DNA from: a virus
IMG/VR virus record: IMGVR_UViG_3300034105_002232
Strand: one strand, 5' to 3'
DNA: 64,000 nucleotides
Shown: positions 21,551 to 30,216 of the stretch, one piece after another
How positions within the stretch are numbered: the stretch's first letter is position 1
How the letters are laid out: each line of letters begins with the position of its first letter
Position numbers and translations under genes: made by a program
Notes under the pieces: generated by a model
Databases searched by the model: none
Told to the model about the DNA's origin: nothing
The model's input: the letters and a program-made list of their open reading frames with translations, nothing else

Positions 21551-22754
21551 CACAATTTGTATGTTGCCTTGGATCAGTATAGAAACCAGTCCAATTGGAA
21601 CTACTAGGCCATGCTGCATGGCGCATGATGAGATTACAGATACTGATGGGGTCAAGTATGATTTGAATACAGCCGACCTAACAACAATATATCGCAGCGA
21701 ATATATGCAGAAACTTCGACGACAGTTTCGTGCTGGAGAAAAGCCTGCAACATGTAGTCGTTGTTGGGACGAGGAAGTCGCTGGCAGGTCAAGCAAGCGC
21801 ATACATAGTCAGGTTAGATTAAAAGAACTATATGCACAGGTAGACTGGGCAAATGATACTCCTGATCAACTGTGGTTTATTGATTTAAAATTGGGTAATA
21901 TCTGTAACTTAAAATGTCGTATATGCGGATCCTGGTCTAGTAGCAAATGGGCAGAAGAAGAACTAAACTATATGTCTAAAGGATCTGATAAAAAATCTCA
22001 TATTGCATATCAGTGGTTAAAACAGGGCGCCTGGCCACGAAACAAGGATACAACTTTTTGGAGCAACTTAAAGCAAATACTGCCCAACATAAAGTACTTT
22101 GAGTTCACCGGTGGTGAGCCTTGGTTGATTGAGGAGCACTTTGAGTTATTGAATTTTGCAGCCAGTGAAGGCTACAGCAAAAATATAGACATACACTACA
22201 ATACCAATGCTACACAATCTATCTTGCCGCATTTGGACTTGTTTAGTAAATTTGGACGAGTAGATATTGCATTCAGTATTGACAACGTAGGACCTAGATT
22301 TGAGTACGAGCGATACGGAGCCAACTGGATGGAAGCAAACAGTATTATAGATGCTACTCATGCAGCCAAACAACAGCGGATGCCAAACATTACTACACAA
22401 CTTTGTTTTACAATTAATATTCAGAATGTTTATTATTTAGATGAACTATTGGCCTGGGCAGATACTAAAAAATTTGGTAGTGTATATTTTAACATGATGC
22501 ATAGCCCGGGCCATATGAGTATACAAAAAATGACCCCGGACGCTCAAGCATTGGTATTAAATAAACTGGAAACCACCGCATGGACCAATCGACATTATCA
22601 ATACGAAATTAGCAACATAATTAAATTTATCCAGAACGGAAATGGCAGTGACGGCAAAGAATTCTTGACCAAAATGCAACGCACCGACGAGTATAGGCAG
22701 CAGAGTTTTAAAGACACACACTTTGAAATAGCCAAGGCAATGGGCTATGAGTAA
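21537..22754 (+). CDS. Radical SAM protein with N-terminal Twitch/SPASM-like cluster
   Basis: CNLKCRIC, TGGEP; CMLPW..PCC..CSRCW. Confidence 0.9.
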   Translation: MTLPNTICMLPWISIETSPIGTTRPCCMAHDEITDTDGVKYDLNTADLTTIYRSEYMQKLRRQFRAGEKPATCSRCWDEEVAGRSSKRIHSQVRLKELYAQVDWANDTPDQLWFIDLKLGNICNLKCRICGSWSSSKWAEEELNYMSKGSDKKSHIAYQWLKQGAWPRNKDTTFWSNLKQILPNIKYFEFTGGEPWLIEEHFELLNFAASEGYSKNIDIHYNTNATQSILPHLDLFSKFGRVDIAFSIDNVGPRFEYERYGANWMEANSIIDATHAAKQQRMPNITTQLCFTINIQNVYYLDELLAWADTKKFGSVYFNMMHSPGHMSIQKMTPDAQALVLNKLETTAWTNRHYQYEISNIIKFIQNGNGSDGKEFLTKMQRTDEYRQQSFKDTHFEIAKAMGYE

Positions 22755-24045
22755 GCCTGATACCTTGTGCCTGGCACCGTGGGTACACACCTACCTTAGT
22801 CCACAAACTGAACGGCGGTTGTGTTGTGCCAGCCGAGAACCAGCACAAAATTTTCGCCAGTATATTGATACCAGTGCCGGTACCGGGCAGTATATTCCCG
22901 TTACCTTAGAAGACCACTGGAACAATGATCATATGCGCAGTGTGCGACGTCGCATGATGGCCGGAGAAACACTACCCGAGTGTGAAGTATGTAACGACAA
23001 GCTATTAAACACTGACGTTTACCGTAGTTATTTCAATCAATTGTTCGGACATAAGTACAAACAAGTAGTAGAACAAACTGACGCAACTGGGTATACCACA
23101 TTAAAACCAGTATCGTGGGATTACAGATTTAGCAATCATTGTAATTTCAAATGTCGCATGTGTGGAGACATGTTAAGCAGTGCTTGGGAAAGCGAGCAAC
23201 GCCAACACAACATGATCAACTGGCAGGATCCAAAGAACAATTGGATGAAACCTGAGATCAAAGATCAGATTGAACAATTTCAAACAACTCAAATTGAAGC
23301 CGAGTTCGCAGCAGCAGTCGAAGACCACCGTATCGAAGAGGTGTACTGGGTGGGGGGAGAGCCGTTAATGTACGAACAACATTGGCGGTACATGCAGCGT
23401 ATTATAGAACTAGGAGATGGTCCAAATGTCTACGCAAGATATAACACAAACCTTAGTCGTGTCCGGTACCGGGGTATTGATCTGTACAGTGATATTTTAT
23501 GCCGGTTACGTGATTGGCAAGTATGTGCGAGTATTGATGGAACGGGAAGAATTGGAGAATATATCCGAACAGGTCTTGATTATACAGAATGGCTTGAAAA
23601 CTTTAAGAGAGGAGTTGCAGTTGCTACAAACAGGCGTCAAATGAGATTGGACTTCACTCTTACCCTCCCGGGTATGTTTGAAGTAGAAAATATACAGCAG
23701 TTAGCTGACGATTTGGGCGTTGACATCCTGGCCAAGGTTGTCTTTGGTTTTAGTCCGGACATAGTTATGTCACCTTTAGCCCTACCCAGAAGTCTATTAG
23801 AAGCATGGGTAGATGAAATTTTGGATGGCCCAACCACACCCCTCGGCCCGTTAAAGGATATACTAGTTCAACTTAAAACACGCCCTACATTTCAAGAACA
23901 GTTTGGCGTAGACGCTTATCTCAAAGGTGTTGCAAAGGGTAAGGCTCGTGTGTTACAATTAGAATCTATCCGTAGTCAATCAATAACCATGGACGAAATA
24001 CTATCAAAGAGAGCAGATGTATATGAGTGGTGGCAATCAATCTGA
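22747..24045 (+). CDS. Radical SAM protein with N-terminal Twitch/SPASM-like cluster
   Basis: CNFKCRMC, VGGEP; CLAPW..LCC..CEVC. Confidence 0.9.
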   Translation: MSKPDTLCLAPWVHTYLSPQTERRLCCASREPAQNFRQYIDTSAGTGQYIPVTLEDHWNNDHMRSVRRRMMAGETLPECEVCNDKLLNTDVYRSYFNQLFGHKYKQVVEQTDATGYTTLKPVSWDYRFSNHCNFKCRMCGDMLSSAWESEQRQHNMINWQDPKNNWMKPEIKDQIEQFQTTQIEAEFAAAVEDHRIEEVYWVGGEPLMYEQHWRYMQRIIELGDGPNVYARYNTNLSRVRYRGIDLYSDILCRLRDWQVCASIDGTGRIGEYIRTGLDYTEWLENFKRGVAVATNRRQMRLDFTLTLPGMFEVENIQQLADDLGVDILAKVVFGFSPDIVMSPLALPRSLLEAWVDEILDGPTTPLGPLKDILVQLKTRPTFQEQFGVDAYLKGVAKGKARVLQLESIRSQSITMDEILSKRADVYEWWQSI

Positions 24046-25213
24046 AATAAAAGTTACGTTACGAAATCCATTGGATTATAGTGACACATTGGATTATTAT
24101 ATCCGGACATACGATAATCCAATGTCACATGATTGGATTGATGCACTCAAAAAATTATTGCAGTCTAATTCTCTCTTAGAGAAAAATTTCTGCTTTATGG
24201 GTTTTCCTAATACAGCAAGAACATTAGACTATTTGTGTAAAGAGCTTAATAAAGCAGTGTTACAGATTAACAAGTTTAACAGTACTCTTGCATGGATACA
24301 CGGCGATCTGGATTCGTACTTCATCGAAGAATACTTTACACCAGATACAGTTAGATACGGAATAGAATATCCGATACCAAAAAGATTACATAAAGAAGGA
24401 ACCAGTGACTATTATCTAACACAGTTCATAGGGTTGTCTGAGAAAAAAAGCATACTCAATAAGTTACATAATCACTTTGAAATTCTTCAAGGTACAGTGA
24501 ACAATTCTAGTCCGTATTATGTATTAGCTGATTACGAAACAAAATATGCTATTAGGCAACTAAACATACTCTGCCACGAAATGGAAAATTTAATTCTGAG
24601 TCAGCAAAAACAAGTTTATTTGCCTGAATGGATCAGACCAAGCCAAATTACAACATGGTTACATGCTCCTCGACACACATTGCGTGCCGAACATAGAAAA
24701 CTGTTTTTAGAAAATGGGTACGATCGTAGATTTGGTCATGTATACATGCACTGGGCGCAAATAGGTAAAACATTGTTTGAAGTGTTTAGGGACGAAGGTG
24801 CACCTGATCTTACTGACGCAGTGTGTGAGGCAATTACACATCTTGAATATTACAGCGGTGAGTTTGATATTGATTGGGGGCTAGATGTAGTATCGGGTCA
24901 TGACTCAAGACATTTTTGGCACATCAAAGAACAACAATTGTTTCGTGAGTGGCTGGTAAAGAATAAATTGGACCCTTTGGATGAAAACTTGAGTTTAGGT
25001 TATCTACCTATTGGTGAGGTTGATCTACTAAAAAGTTTTGGTACAACCGATCATTTTAAAATATGGAACATGTTAGGAAGCTACTCGGACATATATTCTG
25101 TGCAAATTGAAAATGTTATTGGTACATATCCTTACTGTTGGTCTGATTCAGATTATAAACAAATGCAAATTGATATGATGAAACCAGGATATGATTATAG
25201 TAGCCGGCGGTGA
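24023..25213 (+). CDS. Hypothetical protein
   Basis: About 396-aa ORF coupled to both neighbours; LNKLHNHFE, LNILCHEME, HWAQIGKT motifs, family not recognised. Confidence 0.7.
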   Translation: MSGGNQSEIKVTLRNPLDYSDTLDYYIRTYDNPMSHDWIDALKKLLQSNSLLEKNFCFMGFPNTARTLDYLCKELNKAVLQINKFNSTLAWIHGDLDSYFIEEYFTPDTVRYGIEYPIPKRLHKEGTSDYYLTQFIGLSEKKSILNKLHNHFEILQGTVNNSSPYYVLADYETKYAIRQLNILCHEMENLILSQQKQVYLPEWIRPSQITTWLHAPRHTLRAEHRKLFLENGYDRRFGHVYMHWAQIGKTLFEVFRDEGAPDLTDAVCEAITHLEYYSGEFDIDWGLDVVSGHDSRHFWHIKEQQLFREWLVKNKLDPLDENLSLGYLPIGEVDLLKSFGTTDHFKIWNMLGSYSDIYSVQIENVIGTYPYCWSDSDYKQMQIDMMKPGYDYSSRR

Positions 25214-25985
25214 TAGTTTTGTTTACGGTAGCGAACTCCAGTCGCCAAATAATACCTTTACGGCATTGTTAAGTCGGGAATACGAATATAATTGTGTAGC
25301 ATGGCCAGGTATTGGTAATGATGGTATAGCTCGACGAGTTATTTCTGAGATTCAAAGACAATTGCCTAAAAAACTTTTTGTTATAGTTAATTGGACTTTT
25401 CCTGGAAGATATGAATTTAAATTTACATATGATACCGGGCAACGTACCAAAGAATGGTATTCGATCACTGCATGGACTATTAAAGAGATAGATGAAATAG
25501 AACAAGAGTTTATTTCAAAGGATACACAAATTTTAGGTGAACATAGTAAAACTATAACTCGTGCCAAATCAACCGGAGTACACAATTTTGCAAAGGCTTT
25601 TTATCAACATGTGGGCAGCGGGGAATATTGGGAAGTATATTCTACGTTAAAAGAAATAGTTTATTTACAGAATTACTTAAAAGCAAACAATGTTCGCTAT
25701 TTGTTTACCTGTGCTGATAACAGTATCTGGTATAATTATACTACTCAACACGCTGATGTAACCATACACAGTTTAACAGAACAAATATTCAATGATCAAG
25801 AATCTTGGTTTTGGTTTCCAGCCGGAACATTAGAAAATGAAACAAAAGAACCTAGAGGTTTTTACCAATGGGCAATTGAAAATAAATACCCAGTAGGAAC
25901 TACACATCCACTTGAAGAAGCTCACGCAGCAGCAGCAGAATTAATTAAGGAAAAATTCAATGAACTGGTTACAAAACATCTATAA
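25191..25985 (+). CDS. SGNH/GDSL-like hydrolase or acyltransferase
   Basis: AGGDSF block I, G.GN block II, C-terminal THP..EAH. Confidence 0.65.
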   Translation: MIIVAGGDSFVYGSELQSPNNTFTALLSREYEYNCVAWPGIGNDGIARRVISEIQRQLPKKLFVIVNWTFPGRYEFKFTYDTGQRTKEWYSITAWTIKEIDEIEQEFISKDTQILGEHSKTITRAKSTGVHNFAKAFYQHVGSGEYWEVYSTLKEIVYLQNYLKANNVRYLFTCADNSIWYNYTTQHADVTIHSLTEQIFNDQESWFWFPAGTLENETKEPRGFYQWAIENKYPVGTTHPLEEAHAAAAELIKEKFNELVTKHL

Positions 25986-26061
25986 TAGAATTAAACTAGA
26001 AATTAAATATCGGCGTAAGCTACGTGAGCTACGCAAACGAGATCCATTTATTTACAAATGA
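25960..26061 (+). CDS. 33-aa basic microprotein ending RDPFIYK (not in the ORF track)
   Basis: ATG 25960 with SD AAGGA upstream; MNWLQNIYNRIKLEIKYRRKLRELRKRDPFIYK; its TGA overlaps ATG 26058 and it fills the gap exactly. Confidence 0.75.
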   Translation: MNWLQNIYNRIKLEIKYRRKLRELRKRDPFIYK

Positions 26062-26630
26062 TATTAGTAAACGGGTGTAGCTTCACCAGCGGCGAAGAAA
26101 GCTCCATCGCCTGGCCAAGCTTGGTACATGATTCTGTTAACATTGCAGTCGCAGGAGCCAGTAACGATTATATTGTACGTAGCACAGTTAACTACATCAA
26201 CACCACCGAAGAATATCCTGTCAAGGTTATTATTGCGTGGACATCACCGGACAGAATAGAAATATCTAACAATCATTTAACTGCTAACAGCATTAAGAAA
26301 TACGGGCAAGTGATAAATGAAGTATTTAGAGGATGGGATCAGGACTGGGCCAGAGATAAGTTTTTAACTCAAGTTGAGTTACTACATGCTTTTTTATCCT
26401 ATAAATTGATTCCGCACTTTTTTGTTAGTGCGTTTGATATACAAACGTGGGCCAGTGGCGCAAAGACTTATCCGTGGTTGGGATGGCCTGATCAGGGCCT
26501 AGTTGAATGGATGAGCGATTGTCCTAAAGGACCAGAAGGCCATCCATTGGAACTTGGACATCAACGAATAGCAGATAAAATAAATGAACATATTGGGAAT
26601 CTCGGCTGGTTTTCACGACGCAGCGACTAG
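26058..26630 (+). CDS. SGNH/GDSL-like hydrolase
   Basis: NGCSFT, AGASN, C-terminal GHP..LGH..IA. Confidence 0.65.
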   Translation: MILVNGCSFTSGEESSIAWPSLVHDSVNIAVAGASNDYIVRSTVNYINTTEEYPVKVIIAWTSPDRIEISNNHLTANSIKKYGQVINEVFRGWDQDWARDKFLTQVELLHAFLSYKLIPHFFVSAFDIQTWASGAKTYPWLGWPDQGLVEWMSDCPKGPEGHPLELGHQRIADKINEHIGNLGWFSRRSD

Positions 26631-28065
26631 TGTAATTGACCATCACGGCAATATACTGTTTGCTGCTCATAGTGAACGCTACAGCAAAATAAAGAACGAT
26701 CCAAATCTCTGTTACGAATTGTTACGTGATGTGATGTCTCATGGCCCAGTCAATCATGTGGCCTACTACGAACAACCATTGCAAAAGCAATTGCGTAGGT
26801 TGCGCAGTGGCGAGGGTATAGAGTGGAACAGATTATCTACCAAGAAAATCCTCACTGAGCAATTTGGCGGATATGCACATATTCCAAGTTACAGCAGTCA
26901 CAGCCATCATCTCAGTCATGCTGCAGCAGGATTCCAAACCAGTCCATTTGATCGTGCCACTGTGGTAGTAATAGATGCCATTGGAGAATCAGATACCATC
27001 AGCATTTACGGTGCAGAGTACGACAGCCATGGACAGGCACACTATAAACGACTATGGGGACAACGTTACCCACACAGTATAGGATTGTTCTACAGTGCAA
27101 TGACGCAACGTGTGGGACTTAAACCCAATGAAGAAGAATATATCATGATGGGCATGAGTGCATACGGTGATCCTGGTCATGCTGATACAATAAGCACACA
27201 ATATGTTGCAGATGAGTATCGTGCCACATTTAAAGAAAACTTACACATAGGCATTGATCAAACAGCATTGGCTGATTTGAGCAACACTGATATTGCAGCA
27301 TCAGCACAAGCATTGACAGAACGAATGATTTATAATGTGATGTGCAATGCTAGAGATTTTAGATGGAGCCATAATCTTGTATACATGGGCGGAGTTGCAC
27401 TCAACTGTCTAGCCAATAGAAACCTAGGAGAATACTTTGAAAATATATGGATTATGCCTAATCCTGGCGATGCTGGTAGCAGCCTTGGTGCTGCCGCACT
27501 TCAATATGGGCGTCGCCTTAATTGGGTCAATGCTTATCTTGGTCACAATATTCCGGGAGCATATCCGGTTAGACCCGTACTTGATAGTTTATTGGTTGAC
27601 GGTATTGTTGGTGTTGCATCTGGTCGTGCTGAGTTTGGTCCACGTGCTTTAGGTAATAGAAGTTTGTTGGCGGATCCTAGAGGTCCAGATATCAAGGATA
27701 GAGTAAATGAAATTAAACGCAGACAAAAATTCAGACCCTTCGCCCCTGTTGTATTGGCTGAGATGGCTGACCAGTACTTTGATCTCAGCCCTGGCTGGCT
27801 TGACAGCAATTATATGCAGTCAGTCGCTCGTTGCAGGTTTCCTGACCGTTTTCCTGCTATCTGCCATCATGATGGGACCAGTCGAGTACAAACGGTATCG
27901 TCGGATGGTTCAGGAATCCGAGCATTGTTAGAGGCCTGGTATGAACGAACTGGCTGCCCTATGCTGCTTAATACCAGCTTGAATATAAGAGGAGAGCCCA
28001 TGGTCAATGATAGAGCTGATGCAGATAGATTTGAACAACAATACGGAGTCAAGGTTTATTCATGA
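26584..28065 (+). CDS. O-carbamoyltransferase, NodU/CmcH/TobZ family
   Basis: ILGIS..FHDAA, ERYSKIKND, HHLSHAA, DAIGE, GGVALNC, GDAG, RAEFGPRALGNRSLLADP, FRPFAP, DGTSRVQTV, LLNTSLN.RGEP. Confidence 0.93.
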   Translation: MNILGISAGFHDAATSVIDHHGNILFAAHSERYSKIKNDPNLCYELLRDVMSHGPVNHVAYYEQPLQKQLRRLRSGEGIEWNRLSTKKILTEQFGGYAHIPSYSSHSHHLSHAAAGFQTSPFDRATVVVIDAIGESDTISIYGAEYDSHGQAHYKRLWGQRYPHSIGLFYSAMTQRVGLKPNEEEYIMMGMSAYGDPGHADTISTQYVADEYRATFKENLHIGIDQTALADLSNTDIAASAQALTERMIYNVMCNARDFRWSHNLVYMGGVALNCLANRNLGEYFENIWIMPNPGDAGSSLGAAALQYGRRLNWVNAYLGHNIPGAYPVRPVLDSLLVDGIVGVASGRAEFGPRALGNRSLLADPRGPDIKDRVNEIKRRQKFRPFAPVVLAEMADQYFDLSPGWLDSNYMQSVARCRFPDRFPAICHHDGTSRVQTVSSDGSGIRALLEAWYERTGCPMLLNTSLNIRGEPMVNDRADADRFEQQYGVKVYS

Positions 28066-28475
28066 GAATACTAATTATGGGGCTTCCGGGCTCGGGTAAA
28101 ACTACACTAGCATTAAACTTGTTTGCAATGCTATCACCAGACGTGCTATGGCTTAATGCAGATGAGATTAGACAAAAATTTAATGACTGGGATTTTAGTG
28201 AAGAAGGACGTTTAAGACAAAGTCGGCGCATGAGAGAAATAGCAGATGTCTCTAATAGGGATTACATAATCGCAGACTTTGTTTGTCCATTACCTGCAAT
28301 GCGTGATATCTATGCCGCAGACTTTACAGTTTGGATAGACACGATTACAGAAGGTAGATACCAAGATACTAATCGTTTATTTGAACCACCAGAAAAATAT
28401 GATGTAAGAGTAACAGAGCAAGATGCAAATAAATGGACAAAAATTATATATGAACAAATATCACATAAGATTTAA
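28062..28475 (+). CDS. Adenylylsulfate (APS) kinase-like P-loop kinase
   Basis: GLPGSGKTT, LNADEIR, DFSEEGRLRQ, DFVCP, FEPP are CysC-like motifs in a short protein. Confidence 0.75.
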   Translation: MRILIMGLPGSGKTTLALNLFAMLSPDVLWLNADEIRQKFNDWDFSEEGRLRQSRRMREIADVSNRDYIIADFVCPLPAMRDIYAADFTVWIDTITEGRYQDTNRLFEPPEKYDVRVTEQDANKWTKIIYEQISHKI

Positions 28476-28662
28476 TCACCAGCATAATGGAAGTGGTAAA
28501 ATCTGGCGAGTATTTGAAAACGGCATAGAACATTTAGTGGAGCATTTAGACATTCAAGTTCCTATACGTGATGATGTTACAGTTGAGAACAATATAGAAA
28601 AATGGAATGTTTTTTGCGAGGGAACAATGTTAATTAAAAATGGAATAGCATATATAAAATGA
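28450..28662 (+). CDS. Hypothetical protein
   Basis: MNKYHIRFN...WRVFENG; ATGA overlap with the next gene. Confidence 0.65.
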   Translation: MNKYHIRFNHQHNGSGKIWRVFENGIEHLVEHLDIQVPIRDDVTVENNIEKWNVFCEGTMLIKNGIAYIK

Positions 28663-29120
28663 AAGATAAATTTAAACGTGCCTACATGCAGACTGCACAA
28701 ACATTTGCTGGGTTAAGCAGTGCCCGTAGGTTGCAGGTGGGTGCTATTGTGGTCAAGGATGATAGAATTATCTCTATTGGATACAATGGTATGCCAGCAG
28801 GCTGGGACAACAACTGTGAAGATGAAACAACGGACACTTACTCAGAATTTGAAGGTGCTATACATAGGGTTAAATTAAAAACCAAATCTGAAGTTCTTCA
28901 TGCTGAAACCAATGCCATTGCCAAGTTGGCAAAATCAAACGAAAGCGGTAACAACGCTGCCTTGTTTGTTACTCATGCACCTTGCCTGCAGTGTGCCAAA
29001 TTGATATACCAATCAGGTATTAGTCATGTATACTATGGTGCAAATTATCGTGATGATTCAGGACTAGTGTTTCTGAAGAAGTCTGGGGTAACACTTGAGC
29101 AGTTGCCAGCTGAAGATTAA
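28659..29120 (+). CDS. dCMP deaminase
   Basis: VGAIVVKD.RIISIGYNG, HAETNAI, PCLQC zinc motifs. Confidence 0.93.
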   Translation: MKDKFKRAYMQTAQTFAGLSSARRLQVGAIVVKDDRIISIGYNGMPAGWDNNCEDETTDTYSEFEGAIHRVKLKTKSEVLHAETNAIAKLAKSNESGNNAALFVTHAPCLQCAKLIYQSGISHVYYGANYRDDSGLVFLKKSGVTLEQLPAED

Positions 29121-30216
29121 CGACTAGTTCGTCCCAGCATTGATCTAAGAATTGTTTATTATAGAACCAGTTATAATTGTAATCTAATACTTCTTGCATT
29201 TCCGTTAGGATTTCTTCAAGACGCTCGTTACTCATTGCACAAATGTCGTTGATAATTTTAACAACTGCTTGTAATCGTTGTATGGGGTCTTGTATGGTGT
29301 CGTAACTTTCATCCCACCAGGCCCTGAATGTTTTAAATCCATAGCTGCGTAGATATTCAAGATTATGAGCACATGCCAGTAACAAAAATGGTTGCTTGGT
29401 AATAATAGGTTTAAATATTTTTTCTGTCAGGTGTTTTTTGGTATCCCAATAACACGTTTCTGTTACTACATACAAGAAACTTTCCATGCATTCTTCAATA
29501 GCATTGATACGCATACTGTCGTTTTCAATAAACTGATTATGTTTTTGATCAATACGCAATGGAAAGTCAATTTGGTCTAATTGGTGTCTAGCGTTTAATA
29601 CATATTCAGCTGATACATTGTGTGTAGTTATCGAAGCAAGTATATTTTCCTCGTAATATCCATGTTCGGGACAAACATCGCTGTAACTAACATGTCCGTG
29701 TTCGAGCAGTTTATTTTTTTGAAGTTCGGCAACAAAAAAACTACGATATACTCTAGCATTACCAGTTAGGCGGTTGAACGTAATATATTTTTTTGTAATA
29801 GTTCTATCTTTTGGGTTTGTGATTGCCAAATTATACTGATACCCTCGAAACCAATCATGCGCTGCAAACACATGATGAAAATAATACACAATTGGCCAAC
29901 CATATTTTTCTTGGATTTCTGTCAGAGTTGGATTATCTTTTTCAGTCGTTACTAATATATGTGGTGGTTGAAAATTATTTTTTATGTGATCAAACAATGT
30001 ATAATTATAATTGCCGTATATGGGTTCTTGGTCGTAGAATACAAACATAGGTCCGTCTTTAATAAAGCCACTGAATTTTGAAATATTATCGGCTGAGCGT
30101 TCAATATTTTCTGGTTGAGTTGAGCCGTATGGGTATAGGTAAATTAACCTACGATGTGTTACAATATCCTTTAATGCATAGAATAAAGTTTCGTAATGAC
30201 TGTGAATATTATACAT
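29020..30216 (-). CDS. TEK(T/I)-motif GT-like protein
   Basis: YITFNRL...YVVTET...HLTEKIFKPIITKQPFLL...LRSYGFKTF..WWDESYD. Confidence 0.65.
   Translation of the reverse strand: MYNIHSHYETLFYALKDIVTHRRLIYLYPYGSTQPENIERSADNISKFSGFIKDGPMFVFYDQEPIYGNYNYTLFDHIKNNFQPPHILVTTEKDNPTLTEIQEKYGWPIVYYFHHVFAAHDWFRGYQYNLAITNPKDRTITKKYITFNRLTGNARVYRSFFVAELQKNKLLEHGHVSYSDVCPEHGYYEENILASITTHNVSAEYVLNARHQLDQIDFPLRIDQKHNQFIENDSMRINAIEECMESFLYVVTETCYWDTKKHLTEKIFKPIITKQPFLLLACAHNLEYLRSYGFKTFRAWWDESYDTIQDPIQRLQAVVKIINDICAMSNERLEEILTEMQEVLDYNYNWFYNKQFLDQCWDELVVNLQLATAQVLPQTSSETLVLNHHDNLHHSIHD

Noticed and set aside
25191-28065. Saxitoxin or other secondary-metabolite biosynthesis
   Set aside because: Only the generic carbamoyltransferase/PFIY/SGNH module is similar; no PKS-like, amidinotransferase or other core genes are present.
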